This document shows, in pieces, positions 1 through 12,806 of a DNA stretch of 64,000 nucleotides. A program made the translations under genes and the position numbers. Position 1 is the first letter of the stretch. Each line of letters starts with the position of its first letter. The notes under the pieces are model-generated. The model searched no databases. It saw only the letters and a program-made list of their open reading frames with translations, and was not told the DNA's origin. The DNA lies in NCBI GenBank assembly GCA_963719315.1, contig CAVRBU010000006.1:224001-288000 (forward strand), given 5' to 3'. Source of the DNA: an uncultured Planctomycetota bacterium. GTDB lineage: Bacteria; Planctomycetota; Planctomycetia; Pirellulales; Lacipirellulaceae.

Positions 1-1309
1 CAGCGCATCCCGCTGCCTTTGAGCCGTCCTCCCACGACCAGCTTGCACGCGGCTTCCACCGGACCGGAGCCGATCATCCAACCGCGGGTCAAGTACGTGG
101 GATAGTCCATGCGATGGACGTTGTTCCGCACGTATTGTGCTTGTTGTCGGTAGCACTCCCGCTGGGCCTCGTTCCAGTCGCTCTGATCGAGCGATTCCCA
201 ACTGGCCACGAGCGCTGCTCCTCCTTCGTGCTTGAGCTTGTGACACCAGTCACGTTGTCGTTTGGCAAAGGCGCCGTCATCGCCCGGGTGAAGCGCACGA
301 GCCAATTCGGCCACGTGCTCACTGGCATGGTAAAAGTCGAGGATCCGCACCGCCAGCGGCGCGTTCTTCTCGATGAAACGCTCCAAGCAAGGAGCGCCGT
401 CGGTCAGCGCGATCTGTTGCTCGGCGTGGTCCCAGCCGACCTGCGCGGCCTGCCGGCGCCATTGCAGCCCCAAATCGTCTAAATCATGAAAACCGGCCAA
501 ATACCGCACTTGGTGTGGATCTTGGGCTGGTTGTTCCTCGAACGGCGAACGCGCATTGAAGACCATCGCCACCGCGGCCATCCGCGACTCCGCCGGGCCA
601 CCGCCGATGGCCTGCTGCGGCACCCCCGTGTGATCGACGGCCAGGTAGGCGCAGCGCCGACCCTCGGCATCCCGTTGCCAAAGCCAGTCTTCCTGGGGGC
701 CAAACGTTTGCTTGGCCGCGAGTTTCGCTCCCAAGCGTTGGCCCGCTTCTTCCGTGACGCGCAGCACGGTCGACTCCGCCAACCGAATGCCACTCATGCG
801 GACCAAGGCTCGTTCGGCCGCCAAGCCAAAGCTGCTCAGCGTGCCGGCCAGCGACGCCAGTTCCTCCGCGCCGGGCGTGACGTGCCGCGGGGTGAGGCCC
901 AGCCGCTCGTCCCAGGGCTGCTGGCTCGCGCCGCACTGGCAGCAGTAGTAATAGGTCCGCGTCAAACGGATGTCTCCCAGCAGGCTGACCAATCCTTTCG
1001 TTCGCCAGTCGATGAACTTCGCGCTGCCGCCGCAGGAGCAGGCTAAGACTAGCTCCCTGATAAGCGCCCCTTTTTTACACACTCGTTGGTGGCGGTCTCC
1101 AGCACGTTCGCTCCCAAATCGAACAACATGTCCCGCAACTCGAACTCGCCGCGGCCCAACAACTCCTCGGGCTTCTTCGCCGCCATCATCCGCGCCATGT
1201 TCTTCAACTGCTGTTCGGCCTGGCCCTTGAGCGACTCGTAAATCCGCTCCGCCGCCGCTTCCTCTTCCGCTGTCAGGTCCAGTTCCAACGCCTTGATCTG
1301 CTTGGCCAT
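1..1309 (-). CDS. ISKra4-family transposase, orfA/orfB joined by a -1 frameshift; 3' end outside the window
   Basis: orfA (MAKQIKALE...ECVKKG) ends at the A-AAA-AAG site (1076-1070). The -1 frame reads CSCGGSAKF...YYYCCQCG...ILDFYHASEH...RMDYPTYLTRGWMIGSGPVEAACKLVVGGRLKGSGMR and stays in register with position 1. Confidence 0.85.
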
Positions 1310-1409
1310 CGCTCTGCTCTCCGGTCTTCGAGTTCGAGAATTACCCCCCAATTGTCACAGACCCTTCAGCAGAGCAGATTTCCCACCAACAATCGAGACG
1401 CCTACCCCC
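1..1409 (-). mobile_element. ISKra4-family insertion sequence, partial (runs off the window start)
   Basis: Contains a frameshifted DDE transposase. The candidate left end is GGGGTAGGCGTCTCGATTG at ~1409-1391; the other end is outside the window. Confidence 0.75.
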
Positions 1410-1533
1410 GATTTGCGGCAGTCGATATTTCGGCCTTGCCGGAATAGCTAGCTTTGGCGCAGACTTACGGGGTTATGAGCGGGTCGGGCGGCCCCAACCG
1501 CCGCCTCCGCTTGGCTAGAAGGAACTAAACCCT

Positions 1534-3735
1534 ATGAGTCAACTAGCGGTGGGACCACGGAAAAACATCGAACGACAAAACTGGACCGAGATCACTCCCC
1601 AGGCGCTCTACGACAAATGCCTGTCGCTGGCGAAGAATTTGTGGTGGAGCTGGCATCCCGAGGTCGTGAACTTGTTTCGCGATCTCGACCCTATCAAGTG
1701 GCGCAAGATCGACCATAACCCGATCGCGCTGCTGTCGGAGATGACGCCGGAGCAATTGGCCGAGCGGGCGGCTGAGATGGTGCTGTACACGCGCATCAAT
1801 CAGGCCCACCGGCGATTGAAGGATTATATGTCTCACACGCGCTCAACTTGGGGCTCGCGCGAGACGGGCGTTTTGGGTTCCAGGCCGGTCGCATACTTTT
1901 CGGCCGAGTTCGGGCTGCACGAATCCGTGCCGATTTATTCGGGCGGTTTGGGCGTGCTTTCCGGAGACCACATCAAGAGTGCGAGCAGCCTGGCGGTGCC
2001 GCTCGTGGCAGTCGGGCTGTTCTACGATCAGGGATATTTCAAACAGCATTTGGACGGCAGCGGATTCCAGAAGGAAGAGTATTTGGATACCCGAGTCGAG
2101 AACCTGCCGATGGAGCCGGCGATCGGGCTCGACGGCAAACAGATCACGATTTCAATCGGGACTCGCGACGGCGGCCTGATGGCCAAAGTCTGGTTGATGC
2201 AGGTTGGTCGGGTGTCGCTGTACCTGCTCGATTGCGACGTGGAGGGCAACAGTCCGCAGGACCGCGATCTCACGTCGCGGTTGTACGGCGGTGATATGCG
2301 GACGCGAATTCGTCAGGAGTTGGTGCTGGGCGTGGGCGGCGTAAAGGCGCTTTGCGCGCTAGGTATCATGCCGGGCGTGTATCATCTCAACGAAGGACAC
2401 AGCGCCTTCGCACCGCTGGAAGTGATTCGCCAGCGAATGGCGGACGACGGGCTGACGTTCGATGAGGCGCTGCGCGAAGTCGCCCACCACACGGTATTCA
2501 CGACGCACACGCCGGTGCCGGCGGGGCACGATCGCTTCCCCTCAAACCTGGTGGAGGAGCACCTGGGACCGCTGCGGGACAAGCTCGGCATTTCGCCGGC
2601 GCAGTTGATGGGCCTGGGGCGCGTTGAGCCACAAAACGAACACGAGCCATTCTGTATGACGGTGATCGGGCTCAAGCTCTCGCGGCGGGCGAATGCGGTG
2701 AGCGCGCTGCACGGCGATGTGTCGCGGCGGATGTGGGCCCATTTGTGGCCGTGGCGGGTGGAGGAAGAAATCCCCATCGGCCACATCACCAACGGCGTGC
2801 ATATCCCCTCGTGGCTCGCCTATGCGATGCATTTGCTCTACGACCGGGTGCTGCGGAGCGACTGGCAGGAATGGATGAGCGACACCAAGGTTTGGCAGGC
2901 GTTGTACAACGTCGATCCGGGCGAACTGTGGGAAACGCACTGCGATTTGAAGAACCGGCTGTTGGATTTCGTGCGGCGGCGCGTGGGACGGCAGAGCCGT
3001 CGGCGGAACGAGTCGGAAGAGGTCGTGGATGCGGCCCGCAGCGTCCTCGACCCCAACGCGTTGACGATTGGCTTCGCGCGGCGGTTCGCGACCTACAAGC
3101 GGGCCGACCTGTTCTTTCGAGTGCTTGATGCATTGGGCGAGTTGGTGAACGACCCGCAGCGGCCCGTACAGTTGATTTTCTCCGGCAAGGCTCATCCGGC
3201 CGATGAACCGGGAAAGCATCTCATCAAGAAAATTGAAAATCTTCGGCACGACGGGCGGTTTGCCGGGCGGGTGGTGTTCATTGAGGATTATGACATCAAC
3301 GTGGCCCGGCACTTGGTGCAAGGCGTGGACGTGTGGCTCAACACGCCGCGGCGGCCAAAGGAGGCCTCGGGCACGAGCGGTATGAAAGCCGTGCTCAACG
3401 GCGGGCTCAACCTGTCGATCCTCGATGGCTGGTGGGCCGAGGCCTACAACGGCAAGAACGGCTTCGCGATCGGCGACGGCCGGCAGCATGTGGATGATGA
3501 GATTACGGACTCCCGAGACGCGCAAAACCTGTTGAGTGCGCTGCGCGACGAAGTGATTCCGCTGTTCTACGACCGCGATGCGGACGGCCTGCCGCGGCGA
3601 TGGATCGAGATGATGGTCGAATCGATCGCCACGCTCGCGCCGCGATTCAGCGCCCATCGCATGGTGACGGACTACGTGCAAAAGTGCTATCTGGTGGCCG
3701 CGGGCGGGCTGAGTTCGGAAATGACCCGGCGGTAA
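1534..3735 (+). CDS. glgP: Alpha-glucan (glycogen) phosphorylase
   Basis: 733 aa. Motifs [43 protein letters not shown] and the PLP-site EASGTSGMK. Confidence 0.97.
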   Translation: MSQLAVGPRKNIERQNWTEITPQALYDKCLSLAKNLWWSWHPEVVNLFRDLDPIKWRKIDHNPIALLSEMTPEQLAERAAEMVLYTRINQAHRRLKDYMSHTRSTWGSRETGVLGSRPVAYFSAEFGLHESVPIYSGGLGVLSGDHIKSASSLAVPLVAVGLFYDQGYFKQHLDGSGFQKEEYLDTRVENLPMEPAIGLDGKQITISIGTRDGGLMAKVWLMQVGRVSLYLLDCDVEGNSPQDRDLTSRLYGGDMRTRIRQELVLGVGGVKALCALGIMPGVYHLNEGHSAFAPLEVIRQRMADDGLTFDEALREVAHHTVFTTHTPVPAGHDRFPSNLVEEHLGPLRDKLGISPAQLMGLGRVEPQNEHEPFCMTVIGLKLSRRANAVSALHGDVSRRMWAHLWPWRVEEEIPIGHITNGVHIPSWLAYAMHLLYDRVLRSDWQEWMSDTKVWQALYNVDPGELWETHCDLKNRLLDFVRRRVGRQSRRRNESEEVVDAARSVLDPNALTIGFARRFATYKRADLFFRVLDALGELVNDPQRPVQLIFSGKAHPADEPGKHLIKKIENLRHDGRFAGRVVFIEDYDINVARHLVQGVDVWLNTPRRPKEASGTSGMKAVLNGGLNLSILDGWWAEAYNGKNGFAIGDGRQHVDDEITDSRDAQNLLSALRDEVIPLFYDRDADGLPRRWIEMMVESIATLAPRFSAHRMVTDYVQKCYLVAAGGLSSEMTRR

Positions 3736-3753
3736 CGAAGATCGGTACGATTT

Positions 3754-3918
3754 GAGTGCCACTGGCTCCGCCAGTGCATTTCCTACCGAGCCCTTGTGGG
3801 CAAGTACTGGTATCCAACCCTCCAGCAGTTCGAAGTTGCGCACAAGCTGATGCTTTCTCAATACACGGACAAACCGCTGGCCGATGCGCGAGGAGCACTG
3901 GCAAAGCCAGTGGCACCC
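3754..3918. repeat. Inverted pair of short palindromic REP-like units (REPIN-like)
   Basis: GAGTGCCACTGGCTCCGCCAGTGC (3754-3777) and GCACTGGCAAAGCCAGTGGCACCC (3895-3918) lie in inverted orientation in the intergenic gap. Confidence 0.7.
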
Positions 3919-3968
3919 CGCTGGCGCGGCTTTATGGATGGCGTGGTATCGGTCACAATGGATGCGCC

Positions 3969-5100
3969 ATGCCAATTCATCGCATCCAATTACCCGACGA
4001 CACTGCCCTGGCGGCGCTTTGCGTACGCTTGATCGAGTTGGGTCCGGAGATCGATCGCAGCGGCCAGTGGCCGGCCAAGCAGTTGCGGCTGTGTGCTGAG
4101 GCGGGCGTGTTCGAGTGGTTTCTCGATTCGGTCTGGGGTGGGCAGGGGTGGGGCGACGAGCAGGTTGTGCGCGGGTATTTGGCGCTCAGTGCGGCATGTC
4201 TGACGACGACGTTTGTCATTACACAACGGACCGGGGCGTGTCGTCGCATCGATGGCTGTCAGAACGAAGCGTTGAAGCAGCGATTGCTGCCGGGGCTGGC
4301 GAGTGGCGAATTATTTGCCACAGTCGGCATTTCGCATCTCACGACGAGCCGCAGGCATTTGGCGAAGCCCGTGCTGACGGCGGAAGCGATTGCCGGCGGT
4401 TTCCGGCTCGACGGGATGGCGCCGTGGGTGACGGGCGGCGCGGCGGCTGACATCATCGTGATTGCCGCGACACTTGTGGAGCGCGGGGAGCCGACCGATC
4501 GGCAGTTAATTGTGGCTGTACCGACCGATTTACGCGGGGTTGCTGTTGCCGCCCCGCTGCCGCTCATCGGCGTGTCGGCCAGCTCGACGGGACCGGTTCA
4601 TTTGGACGGCGTGGAAATCTCCGACGATTGGTTGATCGCCGGCCCGGTCGCGAACGTCATGGCTAGCGGGTTGGGAGCGAGCACGGGCGGTTTTGAAACA
4701 TCAACGCTGGCGATTGGCCTGGCGAAGGCGGCAGTTGATTTTCTGGCTGCTGAAGCTGCGAAGCGTGAAGATTTGATGGCGCCCATGTTGGCGCTGCGTT
4801 CGGAACACACGCAACTCGTCGATGACTTGTTGGCAAGCGTCGCAGCGGGCGATTCGCCTGCTGAGCGACGAGCGGTCCGCTTGTCGCCACGGCCAATCTC
4901 GAAGGAGTCGATTCGTCAGCGCGCGAACAGTTTGGCATTGCGCAAGTCAGGCGGCGTTGTCGGCGGCGAAGGGGTCGGGCTACGTTGTCGGACACCCGGC
5001 CGGGCGGTGGTGTCGCGAGGCGCTCTTCTTCTTGGTGTGGAGCTGTCCGCAGCCGGTGGCGGCGGCGAACCTGTGTGAGCTGGCCGGGATTGGGGATTGA
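3969..5100 (+). CDS. Acyl-CoA dehydrogenase family protein (frameshift ~4943)
   Basis: Reads MPIHRI...ATVGISHLTTSRRH...LDGMAPWVTGG. The C-terminus ASQAALSAAKGSGY...WCREALFFLVWSCP is in the 4822..5100 frame. Confidence 0.85.
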
Positions 5101-5401
5101 GGTGTCAGGTGTCGGAATCCTGAAAGCTGACACCTGAAACCCGACACCTCCTACTGCTAGCAGGCATCACGCGGCCTTTGCCGCAATCTATTGAGTTCGG
5201 ATTGACAGCCGCCGATTGCAAGGCGTAGATTGGCTCAACCAGCCCTATCGCTCGGGCCAACACGGAACGCCTCTCTTTTACTGATTTTCGAGCGACAGGC
5301 CTCGGTGCGCTTTGGTTAGTTCCCAGGACGCGCGGTATCAGTTGGGGCAGGCGATTTGCGATTGAGTTCGCGATTACGACATCGCCAAGGATGAGAAGCC
5401 C

Positions 5402-5785
5402 ATGCAACGTGCGGGCCATCAACGATCTGTAACGGTTCGTGCGACCCCCCCCACGCCGCCGACCGCTCCCGGTGCAACCTCCGCCGTTCTGCGGTTGCTC
5501 GACGAGCGATTGTTGACAAGTATCAAAGACGCGGACTCGGATTGTCGCGACGCGCCGCAACGCGGCACCCAGCACGAGGCACTTGAGCTTGCCATTCGGC
5601 AGCGGATCGAATCGCGGCTGCCGGGGCGTGTGCGAAATCTGGCCGTGCGAGTCTGCGACGACCTCGTGGTACTAGAGGGCCAGTGTGCGACGTTCTATAC
5701 GAAGCAGCTCGCCCAGCATGCCGCAATGGGCGTTCTTGACGACGAGCATTTGGAAAACGTGATCGTCGTGAATGTGCCGAAGTGA
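5402..5785 (+). CDS. BON-domain-like small protein
   Basis: VRNLAVRVCDDLVVLEGQCATFYTKQLAQHA...LENVIVV matches the planctomycete BON-type pattern. Confidence 0.7.
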   Translation: MQRAGHQRSVTVRATPPTPPTAPGATSAVLRLLDERLLTSIKDADSDCRDAPQRGTQHEALELAIRQRIESRLPGRVRNLAVRVCDDLVVLEGQCATFYTKQLAQHAAMGVLDDEHLENVIVVNVPK

Positions 5786-5888
5786 AGTGGTCGAGGGCGG
5801 AGAGTCGAGGGTCGAGGGCGGAGAGTCTAGGGTCAAGAGCCAGAATCGATTTTCGACATTTGACACTTGGTTTGTAGGCTTGGCTGCT

Positions 5889-6944
5889 TCATTTTTTTTG
5901 AACGATTTGTTCGAGCAGCCGTTCCAAAGTTTCCTGTCCGCGCAAAATGCGGATCTCGATGGCGACGGCCCAGAGCGGTAGGTTGCCGAGCTTATTCTGG
6001 CGGACTTTTACCAAGTCCTTCTGCGTGCAGACGACGGTTTGAGCGCCCCAGCTTGCGGCTTTGTCACTAATCTGAGAAAGGTCAGCGGCCGAATAGATGT
6101 GATGATCTGGGTACTCGCGCATGCTTATGTCTTCGTAATTCAACGAACTGAGCGTGCGTACAAAGCCGTTAGGATTGCCGATGGCACAGAACGCGGCGAT
6201 GCGCTGCCCGGAGAGCGATTCAAGTGGTTGCGTTTCGCCGCTACTGTTGATGAGGTGGCTTGCGGTGTGCGCGAGCTCACACCACGCGGCTTGTGGGGCA
6301 AGTCTGGCAACGCGGTCGCGGATGGCATCGCGTTCGGAGTCGGTGACGGCGTCGGCGCGGCTGAGGCAAACGACATGGGCCCGCGCTAGGCCGGCGAGCG
6401 GTTCGCGGAGCGTGCCGCGGGGGAATACGTGGTTAAAGCCGAACGGTTCGAGCGCATCGAGAAGCACGATGTCGAGGTCGCGGGCCAGGCGACGGTGCTG
6501 AAAGCCGTCGTCGAGCAATAGAAATTGCGGATGGAATTCGGCGATGGCCTGGCGGGCGCCGGCGACGCGGTCGCGGTTTTGCACGTGCGGCACATCGGGA
6601 AGCGCTTCTGCCAGTTCGAGCGCTTCGTCATTATGATGGCCGTCAGCCGCACCGTAGCCGCGGCTGACAATGGCCACGCGGGCGCCGGATTCCTGCATCC
6701 GCCGCGCGAGCCATTTGACCATGGGCGTTTTGCCGGTGCCGCCCAACGTGAGATTGCCCACGCTGATGACCGGCACACCCACGCGATGGGCGACGGCCCG
6801 TCCGTGGTCATAATGGCGATTGCGCAGCGATACGGCCAGCGTGTAAGGTGTCTCGGCGATGCGCAGCAGTCCACGCAGGGCAGCAGCGCCGGGGCCATGA
6901 CGCCGTCCACTGACGAGATCGCGAAATTCGGTGGGGCCGAGCAT
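5889..6944 (-). CDS. lpxK: Tetraacyldisaccharide 4'-kinase
   Basis: Motifs VISVGNLTLGGTGKTP, SRGYG, LLDDGFQHRRLARD, PRGTLRE, YPDHH and TQKDLVK. Start placed at MLGPTEF. Confidence 0.95.
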   Translation of the reverse strand: MLGPTEFRDLVSGRRHGPGAAALRGLLRIAETPYTLAVSLRNRHYDHGRAVAHRVGVPVISVGNLTLGGTGKTPMVKWLARRMQESGARVAIVSRGYGAADGHHNDEALELAEALPDVPHVQNRDRVAGARQAIAEFHPQFLLLDDGFQHRRLARDLDIVLLDALEPFGFNHVFPRGTLREPLAGLARAHVVCLSRADAVTDSERDAIRDRVARLAPQAAWCELAHTASHLINSSGETQPLESLSGQRIAAFCAIGNPNGFVRTLSSLNYEDISMREYPDHHIYSAADLSQISDKAASWGAQTVVCTQKDLVKVRQNKLGNLPLWAVAIEIRILRGQETLERLLEQIVQKK

Positions 6945-7140
6945 CCGTAATATGATCGTGCCTGAGTCGGCGATGACGTTGGTATCTCCCTCAAGGGCGT
7001 AATATGATAGCCCAGGGCGCAACCCTGGGACTACTGTCGCATAATGGCCTTTCAGGCCAGTCTTTCTCGCGTATCCTGCCGAGTGCCGTGAAAAAGGTAT
7101 AATGAAATGGTTCCGTTCGACCGTTCCGAGCACTTCCGCC

Positions 7141-10100
7141 ATGTCCGTCGATCAAGCTCCATCACGTTCGGCCGCTCGTCCCTCGGACGGGGCTAAACTC
7201 GTTCGTTACCACGATTACATCGACGAGAAGATCGAGAACACGCGCCGCCTCGTGAAGGTGGTCGATCTGGCGACGACTTTGGTCGCGTTGGTGGTTGCCG
7301 TACTGCTGTTTCTGCTGTTGGTGGTCGTCGCCGATCATTGGGTCGTGCGGGGTGGCATCTCGGTCGGCGCGATGGGTTCTGTTCGCCGGGCTTGCGACCT
7401 ATGTCGGGTATTTTGCGTATCGCCGGCTGTGGCCGCTGTGCGTGCGGGCGATCAACCCGGTGTACGCGGCGCAAACGATCGAGCACTCCAGCCCGACGTT
7501 GAAGAACAGTCTCATCAATTTGTTGATGTTTCGGGAGCGGCGAGCGGATATTTCGGATGCCGTCTATCGCACGCTGGAGGAGCAGGCGGCCCACGGACTG
7601 ACGCGGGTGCCGGTCGATACGGCGGTCGATCGATCGCAGTTGATTCGCTTGGGGTACGTACTGATCGCTGTGGTTGCCGTGGCAGGTTTGTACAAAGTGC
7701 TTTCGCCGAAAGACCCGCTGGTGGCGGCCGAACGGGTGCTGATGCCGTGGGCCAATGTCGTGCCCGCCAGCCGCGTGTCGATCAAAGACATCAAGCCCGG
7801 CATGGCGACGATTTCGCTCGGCGAGTTCGTAGATGTGTCGGCCGAGGTGCGCGGCTTGCGCGACGACGACGCGGTCATGTTGCGCTACGCGACGGACGAT
7901 GGCCAGATCGCGAACCGGGCAATTCCGATGAAACTGGGGTCGGATGGTCTGCGGTTCGCCTGCCGGCTGGCGGACGAGCCCGATAGTCGCGAGAGCGTCG
8001 GAGTGACGCGCAGCCTGACGTATTGGCTCGAAGCGGGCGACGCGCGGTCGCTGAACTACGCAATTACAGTCGTCCCCGCGGCGTCGATCCTGGTCGAAAA
8101 AGTGGACTACGACTATCCGACGTACACGGGCTTAATTGACCGAAGCGTTGATGGGATCGGCGATATCCGGGCGATCGAGGGGACCAAGGTCACGATTCAT
8201 GCGCGCGAACGGGCTGATACGAGACGCGAACGTCGATTTCGACGCCGATGGCCGCCGCGATTTGCAGATGGCGGCGGCGGACGCCAAGGCCCATGTGACG
8301 TTCCAGCTAGAATTGCGGGAGGATCGGCAGACGCCGCGACATGCCAGTTATGTGCTGCGATTTACGAATGCTGAGGGTCGCGAGAATCACGACCCGGTGA
8401 AGTATGCGATCAATGTGGAGCCGGACATCGGGCCGGAGGCGGAGATTCGGCTGCCGCAGGAAAAAACGCGCAACGCGCGAGTCGATGAAATTGTGGCGAT
8501 CGAGGTCGAGGCCCGCGATCCTGATTTTGCGCTATCGGCGGTGAGGGTGCGTGGTGAGGCGGCGGGACGGCCAGTGCTTAACGAACGGCTGCTTGCCGGC
8601 GAGCAGCGGGGCCGGTTTGCGGGCCATTACGTTTTGACGCCGAGTGCACATGGACTTCAGTCCGGCGACATGCTGGAGTATTGGGTCGAGGCGGACGACA
8701 ACCGCGAGCCGAAACCGAACACGACGGCGAGCGAGCGAAAGGAGTTGCGGATCCTGTCGCCGAATCCGGCACAGCAAAGACAAGCGGACAAAGAGACAAG
8801 GAAACAAGGAGAGCAGTCGGCCGACAAGCAAGACGGTGGCGAACAAGGAAAGGACGGCGGCGATCAGCAGCAAGGTGGAAAGGGCGAACAAGGGCAGGGG
8901 AGGAATAATCAGGACCAGCAAAGTAAGAGCGACGGCAAGGAGCAAGGCGACAATTCGCAGCCCAGCGAATCAGGTGGGCAGCCGCAACCGGGCGGCGGAA
9001 GTGGAAAGGGTAATCCAGGCGTGAACAAAAACTCGGACGGATCCGCGCAAAGTGGCGGCGCCAATGAGAAGGGCGAGCAAGGCCAGGGCGGGCAGCAATC
9101 GAAAGGTGAGCAAACCGGCGTGGGCTCAGCGGGCGGCGAACAACCGAAGGACGCTGCGCAGCCCGACGGTTCCAGACCCGATGAGAAGCAAGGCGAGAAA
9201 TCGTCCGCTGCCGGTCAGCAAAAAAACGGCCAGAAGCAGGGCGGCCAGCGAGATCAGAAGTCTGGTGGCGAGCAAACGCCGGTGTCTCCGGAAGGCGACA
9301 ACGACGCCGAGGCGTTTAACCGCATTCAGAGCCACATGGAAAGAAATGGCGAGTTGAAGAAGGAGCAGCAAGGTGAGGGAGATAAGGGGACAGGGGGTCA
9401 AGGAGAATCGAAGGGCGAGCAGCAAGCGAAAAACGATCAAGCCTCGAACGACGCCGGCGAGTCGAAATCGGCCGCCGGAAAATCGCCCGATGGGAAATCC
9501 AGCCAGAAGCAACAGGCGGGCGACCAACAGCAGCCGGGCGGTGCGGAGTCCAAAGACCGCGGCGAGGGGACGGGCGCAGAAACTCGCGGCGATGATGTAA
9601 GCAAGAAGCCGGAGCCTCAGAATAATTCGCAGCAGCAGGAAAAATCGCCGGGCGGCGAGCAGACGGCGTCGAAGGGCGCTGCCGGCGACGGCAACGAACA
9701 GAAGAGCCAGGGTGCGCCGAATTCGAAGCCGGAAATGAAACCGACCGAAAAACCGGAGCAAGCGCCGTCGAACGGCCAGAAATCGAACCAGCAGGAGCCG
9801 CCGGCCGGCGCGAACAGCAAGAAGGAGAGCGACTCGCACGGCGATCAAGGTGGCGACAAGGCGGGCGGCGGCGAAGAAGGCGGCGGACAAAAAGCGCCGC
9901 GCGAGGGCACCGGCAGCGCGGGGCAAAATCAGTCGGCGGATAACGGCGGCGGGCAATCGGGCGAAAAGGGGAAGGGCGAGAACTCATCGAACGCCGGTCA
10001 AGATGCGAAGTCAAACGAGCCGACCGGGGCAGGCGATGGGAAGACGCAGGGGAAAGGCAGTGAGCAACGCAGCGGCAAAGGCGATAAACAAGGCGGAAAC

Positions 10101-10829
10101 GCCGGTGGGAATGACGAGGGGAGCAGCGAGCGGAACGGCGACGGTAAAGATGCTGCGCAGCCGAGCGCGGAGCAGGGGCAGGGTAAAAAACAAGGAGACA
10201 AGGAGACGGGGAGACAAGGAGAGAAATCTGCCGACAAGCCTAACGACAAGGCGAGCGAGAACGACGCCCCTAAGCGGGGTGATAAGAATGCTGACAAATC
10301 GGGCGATCAGAATCAGAATTCGAAAAATAACAAAGAAGGTGCCGACAACACGAATGCGGACGGCGCGTCCGGCGGCAATGGTCAGCCGGGCGGTGCGGTG
10401 AATCCGTCACCAAGCATCACGGGCGAAGCGCCCGAGGGCGACGCGGCCAATTTGGAATATGCCCGCAAGCAGACGGACTTGGTGGTTGACAAACTGGCGG
10501 AACAACTCGCTCGCAAGCGGGTGGATGGCGAGTTACTTAAGGAATTGGGATGGAGCGAAGCGGATCTGAAGAAGTTTGTGGATCGCTGGAAAAAGCGGAA
10601 AGCGGCGGCGGAACAAAAAGACGAGGCGGGCGACGCTGCGAAGCGGGAGTTGGACGATGCGCTCCGCAGTCTGGGATTACGACGAGGCGAGTTGTTGCAA
10701 AATGCGGCCCAGAAGGATTCGCTGCGGGATTTGCGCGACGGTTATCGAGGCCCGGTGCCGGCCGAATACAAGGAGCGGTTGCGGGCCTATAATCAGGGCG
10801 TCTCGCGTGCCCACCGCGATGGCGAGTAA
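7141..10829 (+). CDS. Large membrane-anchored protein with a long Gly/Gln/Lys/Ser low-complexity region (DUF4175-like); frameshifts ~7365 and ~8205
   Basis: Three consecutive frames (7102.., 7295.., 8136..) join. N-terminal TM helices, beta-rich middle and C-terminal VPAEYKERLRAY. Confidence 0.7.
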
Positions 10830-10902
10830 GATGCGTTGCTGGGGTGGGGGTGGTCGGTGTGTTTTTCTGGGAGTTCGGCCTGGCGGCCGACGCTAAAGGG
10901 CC

Positions 10903-12508
10903 GTGTCCCGCGACGTTCCGCGATATCTGGTGCCGTTTCATCCCAAGCGGATTCCGCATCATTTTGCCGATGTGTTGATTATCGGCGGTGGGATTGCCGG
11001 CCTGCGGGCCGCAATGGAAATCGATCCGCGGCTCTCCCTCCTCGTGATCACTAAGGACACGATGGAGCAATCCAATAGTGCGTATGCCCAGGGTGGCATC
11101 GCGAGCGTCATCGATCCGGAAGACAACTTCGCCAGCCACGTGGAAGATACGCTCATCGCGGGGGCGAATCTGTGCGACCGCGAAGTCGTGGATATGGTCG
11201 TGAGCGAAGCGCCGCGACACATCCGCCAATTGATCGAGTGGGGCACGAACTTCGACAAGGAACATGGCGAGCTGATGCTGGGCCGCGAAGGGGGGCATAG
11301 CCATCGCCGCATCGTGCACGCGCTCGGTGACGCGACCGGGCACGAAGTGATGCGGGCCATCATTCAGCGGGTACGATCGAAGGACGACGCCCAGATTTGG
11401 CCCAACACGTTTACGATCGATTTGCTGACGCACGAAGGGCGATGCCGCGGGGCGCTGGTGTGGAATGCCCATCATGGCCGCACGTTTATCTGGGCCAAGC
11501 AGACGATTCTGTGTACCGGGCGGCGCGGGCCAGATTTTTCGGGAAACGACGAACCCGGAAGTCGCGACCGGCGACGGGCACGCCCTGGCGTATCGGGCGG
11601 GGGCCGAGTTGCGCGACATGGAGTTCATGCAATTCCACCCGACCGTGCTCTACATCGCGGGCGGAAGTCGAAGTCTCATTACGGAAGCGATGCGTGGTGA
11701 GGGAGCGCGGCTGATCGATTCGACGGGGCGGCGATTCATGCCGGATTACGATGAACGGGCCGAGCTCGCGCCGCGCGATGTGGTAAGCCAGGCGATCGTC
11801 GAACAAATGGAGAAGACGCGACAGCCGAGCGTGTTTCTGGATTTGAGTCACCTCGAAGCCGATCGCGTTCGCAAGCGGTTTCCAGGAATAAATCGAACGT
11901 GTGCCGAATTCGGCATCGATATCGCAACCGATCCGATTCCGGTGCGACCGGGCGCGCATTACATGATCGGCGGCGTGACGGTCGACCACCAAGGGCAAAC
12001 AACTGTGCCGGGGTTGTGGGCGGCGGGCGAAGTGACGAGCAGTGGGTTGCATGGGGCGAATCGGCTGGCGTCGAACAGTTTGCTGGAGGGCTTGGTGTAT
12101 GGCGCCCATGCCGGCGGTTGCGCATCGGCGCTGGCTTTCGAAGAGCGTGATTCGTTCCACGCGATTCCACTGGAGAACGCTCCAGTGGAAGCACACCGCG
12201 AGCCGCTCGACCTGATCGATATTCGCAATTCGCTGAAAAGCCTGATGTGGCGAGCGGCGGGAGTTCGGCGGGCTGGCCCGCAACTGGCGGATGCGGCTCG
12301 GACCATCCGCCGCTGGTGCGGGTACGTGCTGCCGCGGCAATTGAGCGACCCGGATGGCTGGGAACTGCAAAATATGCTCACCGTGGCGAGCCTGATGGTC
12401 GAGGCCGCACTGGCCCGCGAGGAATCGCGCGGCGTGCATCTGCGGACGGACTTCCCGCAGACCGATGATGCGCACTGGCGGCGGCACCTGGCAGTGACTC
12501 GATCGTAG
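10903..12508 (+). CDS. nadB: L-aspartate oxidase (frameshift ~11520)
   Basis: IIGGGIAGL, SNSAYAQGGIA, REGGHSHRRIVH, then MEFMQFHPT, LITEAMRGEG, ELAPRDVV, GLHGANRLASNSLLEG and ESRGVH. Confidence 0.95.
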
Positions 12509-12806
12509 ACGAGTTTCGCCGAAACTCGCATTTTCCCGCGGAAAATCGTGGGCCGTTTGCCGAACCGATCCGGTCTGGCTCGCGTAGCGTGGGTATAGAC
12601 ATCAAACCGCCAAACCGGGTACGCTTCTACCAGCGGGGACCGGCGTGGCGGATGCTGGCCGATCCCATTCGCAATTCTGCCCCTGGGCCGGCCGAAATAT
12701 GGCGACGCCAGCCCCCTGCGACCTCAGGCCAATCCCACCATGCCTGAGCCGAGAGTTTCAGCAACCTCACAAGCTTTAGCCGGTTCACAGAACCACCCCC
12801 CAAATC

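Noticed and set aside
2542..3975. Long antisense ORFs (for example 477 aa here and 568 aa at 50006..51712)
   Set aside because: Shadow ORFs opposite well-supported genes in high-GC DNA.
8770..10440. Very long G/Q/K/S-rich tract as a novel repeat system
   Set aside because: It is an in-frame low-complexity linker typical of this planctomycete protein type, with no discrete nucleotide unit.
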